DNA of 32,000 nucleotides from Zygophlyctis sp. KS116. Taxonomy: Eukaryota > Fungi > Chytridiomycota. Positions 24,343-32,000 of this stretch are shown piece by piece. Position numbers and translations under genes: made by a program. The notes under the pieces were generated by a model, which was given only the letters and a program-made list of their open reading frames with translations, was not told the origin of the DNA and made no database searches. The DNA lies in contig BAAFSQ010000014.1 in the NCBI GenBank assembly GCA_054661495.1, positions 1-32,000 on the forward strand, written 5' to 3'. The first letter of the stretch is position 1. Every line of letters starts with the position of its first letter.

Positions 24343-26454
24343 TAATAAACTTTTAGTTTTTACAACTCCTATTATAGCAAACGAGCCTCATCCGATTTAT
24401 GGCCGATACCATTTAAAAAAACATGAACAAGAATGTAATGCAATTGATGTTTTTACTGCAGCTCTTACCGGCGATATGAATGCGGTGCAGCAATTTATAA
24501 AAAATGGTAATATCAATGTGGAAGATGATGATGGGTATACGCCTCTTCATAATGCAGTTTCTAGGAGACATCATGAAGTAGCAAAAGTGTTAATACCGCT
24601 ATCAAACATTAATAAGCAGAGCAAAAGTGGATTTACTCCTCTCATGAATGCAGCAGCTTATGGGGATGATAAGATGGTCTCAATGCTGTTAGAAGCTGGA
24701 GCAGATGTAGGAGCCAGGAATATTTATGGGGAAACGGCTTATGATGTTGCTGCTATGGGTAGATTATTTAATCTAAAAGTTAGGAGAACATGCATCGACT
24801 TGTGAAATAATTCAAAAAGCAGAAATCAAATGGATAAGAAATCATTATTCTAGGCAATCAAGTAATTTTGCAAATTATAAACTATAGATTTACAATTGCG
24901 GTCACATTCTTCAATTCAAGAAAGGCTTCATTGTAATTTTATCGAAGTACTATATGAAAATCAACGTTGTTCGACGTTTAATTTTAGTTTTTCTGCAGAT
25001 AACTTGACAGAATCTGATTTTTCTCTAGTTGGTGGTGCATTTTCTACTCCTTTTGGAAGTAAAAAAACTTTTGACGAGGTAACATTACCTGTAGGGACGC
25101 AAAATCAATGGTTTTGGTTAACAGATTGGAAAATTGATTTGTCATTTCCTCATGTAAATGAAAATGGATGGTTATACGCAACTTCTTTTGAAGTTTCAGA
25201 TGAGAGCTGGGGAGTGAATGTTCCAGTTTCTTTTTTTTCAAGGTCAACTTGGGTAAGAAGGAGAAGATGGATACGTGTTAGAAAGCAAAGAATTCCATTA
25301 AACTTATCTTCGTGTCAGCCTTCAAGCAGCACCGAAGGCGACAAACAAATTTCAGTACCTACAGAAGTTTATGATAACGATTATATATCCCAAGCTCTAG
25401 CACTGGTTCGTATATCGTCGCCGAAAAGGAGAAGTTCTTCCGCAAGTATTAGAGGATTAAGTACTGAATTAGAATCATACGAAGAAGCGATCCAGATTCT
25501 ATTACAAGGAATCAAAGGTATTTATTAAATATTGAATTCTAATATTTTAGAAGATCAGAATGTTGCAAGAATTGAGCAGGGAAAGAGCCTTGCAGAATCA
25601 TATTTGAGGCATGCAGATACATTGCGCTCTTTGCTGGACACATTAAAATCTTCACATCCAACCATCTCATCTCAAGAAAGCATTGAGGGACGTAGTAACG
25701 ACGTAGTTACCTCTGTAAGTAATCAAACGACTATTTCTGCTGCTATGGATTCATTTCCAGACGTTTCCCCAATCGGATTCGCAAGAAACTCAAGTTCTAC
25801 ACAATTTCTTCCGGCTGAATGGCAACCAGGTACGCTTTAATATATTTCAATTATCTAGATAATCAAGCCTTTGACTGCCGGAATTGCGAGACTATTTTTA
25901 CTTTTTTTAATCGAAAACACCACTGTCGCTGGTGTGGACACATCTTTTGCAATTCTTGCACAACACAACGACTTTCTCTGGGTCGAAATCCTTTTTTTAG
26001 TAGCAGAGTATGTGAAGAATGTCATTCATACCTTACCAGCAGCGATAGCCCGATACCACATCTTGCACCACAAATTTCTCCGACTCGAAGTGAACATCGC
26101 ACATCACTAAATGGTCTTATCGAATGTCCTGTTTGCCAGATTTCACTTTTAAGGAATATGATGACTGATATAGAAGCAAGCTTGCATGTCGCAAACTGTC
26201 TTTCAAATAATAACAGAGACAGGTCGATCTCAGGAAATATGTACGTAATACAAGAATTAGAAGGTGATTTGGATTCAGAGTGTATTATTTGTTTCGAACA
26301 GTTTTTAGAAGGTATATGTGCCTTTAAGTCTAACGAAATAGGACAAAAAATTGCACGTCTCAACTGCATGTGTTTTTATCATCAGCCGTGCCTTGAAAAA
26401 TGGCTTTCAACCCCCAATTATGGTGTTAGATCATGCCCCATTCACTACAGCTAG
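24335..26454 (+). CDS. Ankyrin-DysF-(MIT-like)-FYVE-RING protein; Pib1-like E3 ligase C-terminus (~658 aa)
   Basis: Ankyrin GYTPLHNA and GFTPLMNA; DysF ENQR..W.W..DW..GW.YA..WVRRRRWIR; FYVE WQPD..RKHHCRWCG..RVC; RING CIICFE..RLNCMCFYH..C...W..CPIH. Introns 24759-24783, 24862-24887, 25518-25550, 25830-25858, 26312-26341. Confidence 0.88.
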
Positions 26455-26455
26455 T

Positions 26456-27686
26456 CTAGCAGCCAGGACAGACATGCAATTTTTGATGTATGTAAATATC
26501 ACAATCTAAACAGAATTGGTTTTTACACGCTCCACATGAAAATCTAGTGGTGAGATTTCCACTCCTCTTTTTAGATCCAAATGAGTTTAAACAAGAGTAG
26601 CAGTGTTCTGCCAAACTCGCACTTTTAACTTCATCATATGGCGCAATAGGAAACAAATGATGATATGACCGTGCAAGAAATGGGCTAGAAACAAGAGACA
26701 GTGAACAGATTGGACATTCCCTAGGGAGTTCGCAAACTGCTGCAAAACATCGTGGGCAGTTAAACCATTGATTAATTGATTTTAAATGACTACAGGTAAA
26801 AGAAGTTAATTTTTACCAAGCGCAAATCTGTAATTCATTTTGCTGTGAACCGATAAACTTTTGAGGAAACCCCATTGGAATTAAATCTGAAGTTTTTTGA
26901 GATTTATGAATCGCCGGTGGAATAATAATTTGAAATATGATTTCCTTTAAATGGCGATCATCAATCAAAACATTATAGAACCCACCAGTTTCATTCGCTA
27001 TCCTATTGCAAATATGAACCTGAGAAGCTAGTCCCACCATTGAAACACGCACTCTCTCCTTTAAAAGTTTGTCAATTGTCTTTTCTATATCACCGGGATC
27101 CCAGAACGAAAGTGAGCCAAAAATACCCAATATTTCACGAGAACCATGATCAGGTACTTGACTAGAATAGTTAACAATTAAGCGATTAGTGTTATGAAAG
27201 TGGGAATAAACTATCGTACCTTAAAGAATTACAACCCAATTCAAGAACATTCATTAGTGACGGAATCCCACTCGTTTCCCTTAGTTCCTTTTTAGCTAAA
27301 ATATTTGCAATTTCAGAGGGATTGCTAGACAATTCACATAATTTATAAGCAAGGCCATTCATGGTATACAAAATCCCAATTTGACTCAAAGGATTTTCAT
27401 CAAAAAACTCCTTTACGAGAGAAGTTAAGATCTGACAAACGACTTCAATTCTGGTTGGCTTTAGATCAATTTCAGCCATTGCCGATGACCGATCAATCAC
27501 AATATAAATATATCTGATGATTCCCCTTTTAATTTGTTTAGAGTCCTGAATAATTCTCTTCTTCTTCAGCAGTTGAGCTTCCAGAGATGATATAACTCCT
27601 GCCAATGATCCTGTTCCATCTTCTTGTAAAACATCCCAAGATCTCTTGTATTTTTCCTCCCACGAATAGACGGCTTCTTCTTCCAT
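26456..27686 (-). CDS. SSL1: TFIIH subunit Ssl1/p44 (3 exons, ~381 aa)
   Basis: YSWEEKYKRSWDVLQED; vWA domain RGIIR..FFDENPLSQIG; C-terminal CLDCDIYIHQKLHVCPGC. Introns 27162-27219 (58 nt) and 26790-26816. Confidence 0.95.
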
Positions 27687-27860
27687 CGGCCTTCGACCCT
27701 AACAATAGAAAATCCAACTTTAGAGAATTTAAGCACTTTAATAGACCATAGATCAGGTAAAGAATTAATTTGTGTTTTGATCGATAAGCTAATCTTGAGT
27801 TGTTGTAAATGTATACTGTTAAGTGGCCTATAAAATTGTATACAATTTTCCAGATTTCGG

Positions 27861-27933
27861 GGTTCTATAGTGTAGTGGTCTAGCACGAGAGACTCTGAAT
27901 CTCTAGACCCGAGTTCGACTCTCGGTAGGACCT
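27861..27933 (+). tRNA. tRNA-Gln (anticodon CTG)
   Basis: Acceptor stem GGTTCTA/TAGGACC; anticodon arm AGAGA-CT CTG AA-TCTCT; T arm CCGAG-TTCGACT-CTCGG; TTTT terminator at 27936. Confidence 0.95.
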
Positions 27934-28330
27934 CATTTTGCATATATAATGTAATTTTTTACATTTCATTGACTGTTGGAAAATTTACCAGCAGTTCTCA
28001 TACTTCTAAAATCTGATTTCATCTTCTCTCGTATTTTTAGTGATAAATTAAGGTCTCAATCATAATATTTACGGATTATCTCTCATGCTAGTAAAGTAGA
28101 AACTGTTTAAACGATGGACATATGTTTACTCGCGATGGTCAATATCGTGAAAAATACGTATAATATTCAATGTTTATAATTTTATATATTAAAAAGATAA
28201 TTTGTGGGTCGTATAGAATTATCTTCTGTGAGAAATCACACTTAACAGATCGTTAGTCATGAAAGTTGTGCGAAATTCACGTGCAATTCAATTGTAATTC
28301 CCAAAAAAATACTCGCCTATAGTAAAACAA

Positions 28331-28412
28331 CGTCAACAGCAGGACTTGAACCTGCGCAGGCAAAGCCTAAATGATTTCGAGTCATTCCCCTTAACCGCTC
28401 GGGCATATTGAC
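28331..28412 (-). tRNA. tRNA-Ser (anticodon CGA)
   Basis: Reverse complement GTCAATATGCCCGAGCGGTTAAGGGG-AATGA CT CGA AA TCATT-long variable arm AGGCTTTGCCT-GCAGG TTCAAGT CCTGC-TGTTGACG; followed by a T-run. Confidence 0.95.
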
Positions 28413-28616
28413 CTAGGGCTTTGAGTTTGGCCAATTGATAGTATTTCTGATAAAATAACTTATGACACTGTTCTTAAATACTTTTCAGCTTGGTTTATAC
28501 ACGCAGAAACAGATTATTTACGTGTCCCATAATCTAGTCTTGTTAAGAAATTCCGGATTTTTAAGTTAGATAAAAAACATCTTTTAATAAATTTACAAAG
28601 CCTTAAAGGATATATT

Positions 28617-29656
28617 TTATCTAGCTACATAATACACCAAATTCCCATCTTTAATCTTCCGAGTCCATTTAACCAACAATGTATCAAAACCTTTATCTTT
28701 CTCTGTTAAAATATCATGCAAAAAAGGAATCAACTCTTCTCTATTCCATTTCTTTTTAGCCTGAAACAATTGAGAAAACCTTTGCTTTGGATCTACTTCC
28801 AGTACTGATTTAGGAAAATAATTAATTTTATCATTTTCAACAAATGAATTCCCTTTTAACCAATCTACATCCACTTTAAAATCTTCTGGAACTAATTCTT
28901 TCCATTTCTTTAAAAAAACTTTCAAGATCAAACCACTCCAATTGCTATTAATAAAGCCATTTTCCGCAACTATTTTACCCCATTCTTCCTGAGAAACCTT
29001 GTAAAATTTATCATTCTTGTTTTCATCTTGATAAAATTCTATAGATATTATTGTCAAAACATGCGCTAAAATTTCTATAGGAATTTCATGTTCAACACTT
29101 AAAATCTGTAATGAATTCCAAGATAAATTATCCCAATCTAGAGAATATTCAATCACTGAAAGTTTAATTAGAGTAAGAATTTGATTTAAATATTCTGAAT
29201 CCAAAATCCTAAAACTGTTCTTGTACAAAAAAGCGTTTCTTTTTTCTAATTCAAGCGATAATTCAATATCAGAGACTGGTAATTCCTGTAAAGACTCCCA
29301 TGTAAGCTTTAGCAACGCATCTGAATATTCTTGCCCCTTTTGACTTAGATTTATAAAAATACATAATTTTCCAATGCTCTTTTTTCCTGTTCCAATCCTT
29401 TAAACGGAACGGCTTCCAGTAGTCCTTGCAATTCTCCCACTTGTCCTGGAATTTTTGACAATTCCCAATACTCTTGAAACAATACAGCAGTCTCTTGATC
29501 TAGAAGAAATAGAGAATTAGACGTTGAAACCTTTTTTAATGAATACGTTTTAGAGTCTGAAGTGTAGAATATTTTATCTTTTCCCTTTAAACTTCCAATA
29601 GGGAGATCAGTAGACTCTAAGAGAGTCAGAGTTGAATCTTTTTTCAATGTAATCAT
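28617..29656 (-). CDS. DCC1: Sister chromatid cohesion protein Dcc1 (2 exons, ~337 aa)
   Basis: KTYSLKKVSTSNSLFL, TWESLQELPVSDIEL, DPKQRFSQLFQAKKKW...EL.PFL; 26-nt intron 29337-29362. Confidence 0.85.
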
Positions 29657-29901
29657 TACAATTTCCTAAAACTAAAATCTGATTAGAACATTATGTATTT
29701 TAAAGCAAAATAACACTCTCAAGGACAAGGATCTCAATTCTCATTTTAATTTTAATTTTTTATTAATGTATTTCTATTTCTATTACAACAGCTGAAAATC
29801 TAACAGAGAAATGTCCGGAAATAACCCTTGGAATCAGACCCAAACATTCTGCAAATTATAGAAAACCCTTGTAGCTGTTATCAGAGAATTTGTTTATTGT
29901 A

Positions 29902-30742
29902 ATGCGGCCTGAACATTCGGCTCCCCCAGAGATTGTAATTAATAGTCATTAAATTATAGTTTTACAATGAACAAGAAGCACAAAAATACACTGATAATTC
30001 AAGAATCATGAATGTGCAAAGAGAAATGAGTGAAAGAGCTCTAGAGCTGTTGGATCTAGATGTTGAGCCAAAGTTTCTTTTGGATTTAGGATGTGGATCT
30101 GGACTTTCAGGACAAGTACTAAATGAAAACGGTCATGTTTGGGTTGGACTAGATATTTCTAGAGATATGTTGGACATTGCAAAAACAAATCAGACTGGAG
30201 ATCTTTTTCTACAGGATTTGGGAGATGGTGTTGGATTTAGACCTGGGACTTTTGATGGTGCATTCTCTATATCTGTTCTACAGTGGTTATGTAATGCAGA
30301 TCAGTCTCATCATGATCCAAGGAAGAGATTATATAGGTTTTTTAGTACATTGTATACTGCTCTAGTAAGAGGTGCAAGAGCAGTTTTTCAATTTTATCCA
30401 GAAAATGAAAGTCAGTCTGAAATGATTATGGCTCAGGCTGCAAGGGCTGGTTTCTCTGGAGGATTGGTGGTGGATTTTCCAAATTCTGCAAAAGCTAAAA
30501 AATATTATTTATGTCTGTTTGCTGGTAGTGACGGTGTCTCAAAAATGGAACTTCCAGAGGGTTTACAAGATGAACATACTGCTCCGTTTGAAAATGAACG
30601 AATAAAGGGGAAAAGCAAGTCAAGACGTCCTGCTAAAGATAAAAAATGGGTCCTTCATAAAAAAGAATTATATAGATCAAGAGGAAAAGACACTCCTCTA
30701 GATTCCAAATTTACGGCTCGTAAGAGAAGGCCAAAGTTTTAG
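29902..30742 (+). CDS. BUD23: 18S rRNA m7G methyltransferase Bud23 (2 exons, ~271 aa)
   Basis: MRPEHSAPPEI|FYNEQEAQKY, LDLGCGSGLSG, FRPGTFDGAFSISVLQWLCNAD, SKFTARKRRPKF; 25-nt intron 29935-29959. Confidence 0.96.
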
Positions 30743-30754
30743 ATTTTAACAAGA

Positions 30755-32000
30755 TTATAGAGCATGAAAAGTGAATTTTGAAGATTTTGGAGTTTCCTCG
30801 TTTGCGATTATTGTCATTGATCTTCTATGACTCATTGACTTTCTAGGACTGGACTGATGAGACTTTGATGTTCCTCGCACTAGAGAAGGCGTTTTCCTTC
30901 CAAGTGAAGAAGTAGTTGATCCATTAAAAGACTGGTTTTCCTGCCAAGTCTTATTTTGAACCACTTCTGTTACCGCTTCTTCAGTTAAAGATTTCTCATT
31001 TGATCTTTTGAGTAAAACGGTCAAGCCTGTGATCCATAAATCCCTATCAGCCCAATTCAAAGGCTGTAGTCTGATTATTCTGTTTCCGGTCATTAAATCC
31101 AGACTATCAACCTCTGCAGGAGAATAATTCTTATGAGCTTGAACATCTTCGTTCCATGTTACTGAATTAATCGGAACTAGAATTATTTTAAATAAAACCC
31201 ACCAATCTTTGTCGCTGAGCGTGGATTTCCTTGAGATGGAGAAGTATTTGACCAATGAAGCGTCCTTGAATACGGATTTACCCAAACATACCTTAATTTC
31301 GGATTCTTTCCATTTCTATTATATTTTTGAAACTTTAATTAGATTATTGCTCTTACCCATGAGCCAATCATTGTGTATACCAAAGCATCAATCATATTCT
31401 CACCAGATCCCGGTCCTTCATGAATTCTTGAAATTCTTTCACTTGTTTCTGAAGCAAACTTTGATTTTTCACAATCTTGTGAGCACTTCAACTCTTTATA
31501 ATCGTGTAATTCATTAAACATTGACCCAAAGTTCTTCATTTCTATACTAAACCGTGATTTCTTCTTTACTAAAAGATCATGATGCTGTTCTGACTGGAGA
31601 ATTGAGGGTACTTGAAGCCCCATGTGCCTCTTAATCTCCCATTGATTTTCATCTTCATTTTCCCATAATACTATCTGTGCAGTCTCTGACAACTTTAAAA
31701 ATTGCCCAAATTCAAAAACTGTTTGAGAGTCTTTATCATTGACCTTTACATCTTGTTTTATATTGAGCATTTTAACCTCTAATTCCTTATTTAATGACAT
31801 TAGATTATCAATTTTCAATACCAAAATCGCATTTTCTGTCTGAAGATGCGACAATGTTGAAAGAACTTGATCATCAACACGCAATTTTTCACTCTTTGCT
31901 TGTGAATTTCTAATTTGAATCAAACTTTGCGTGTCTGTCTGAGTCTTTATAGATCTATTTTCTTTTAAATTTTCTTTAGAGTCCTCTTGTCCTCTTTGTA
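30755..32000 (-). CDS. Coiled-coil protein with Num1/Mcp5-type PH domain (5' end outside the window)
   Basis: Introns 31333-31356 and 31177-31202 give TMIGSWFQKYNR..KLRYVWVNPYSRTLHWS..RIIRLQ..DRDLWITGLTVLL. Confidence 0.75.

Noticed and set aside
27566-27943. 125-aa minus-strand ORF
   Set aside because: It runs antisense through tRNA-Gln and overlaps SSL1 in another frame.
27934-28330. Possible ncRNA between the two convergent tRNAs
   Set aside because: No recognisable snRNA, snoRNA or 5S motifs and no convincing stems.

Overview
An AT-rich, extremely compact eukaryotic nuclear segment. It is most consistent with an early-diverging (chytrid-like) fungus; this is inferred from the fungal-type housekeeping proteins and a Crinkler-type gene. 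The ORF track is fragmented because genes are split by tiny GT-AG introns. I reconstructed about 54 introns by hand: 52 are 24-33 nt, one is 58 nt and one is 139 nt. Every complete spliced gene model I checked gives a length divisible by 3 and restores conserved motifs. Genes in order: RAD50, RPT3, mitochondrial S13, a DEDDy 3'-5' exonuclease, Ras, two orphans, RPL8/eL8, a PP2C, EIF1AD, an F-box/LRR protein, TMEM97-like, BTB-MATH, ERG10, a large membrane protein, SUV3, ANK-DysF-FYVE-RING, SSL1, tRNA-Gln(CTG), tRNA-Ser(CGA), DCC1, BUD23 and a Num1/Mcp5-type PH protein. Three things stand out. (1) A 1.3-kb intronless cassette encoding a Crinkler-type ubiquitin-like + PD-(D/E)xK nuclease protein sits between two apparently identical 643-bp copies of host DNA, so both neighbouring host genes stay intact. 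(2) The only long intron, in the L7Ae-family gene RPL8, can fold into a multibranch RNA with two repeated kink-turn-like motifs and a sequestered alternative 3' splice site, a candidate autoregulatory splicing switch. (3) The introns are ultra-short, and genes abut or overlap. All family calls come from motif recognition; no database searches were run.
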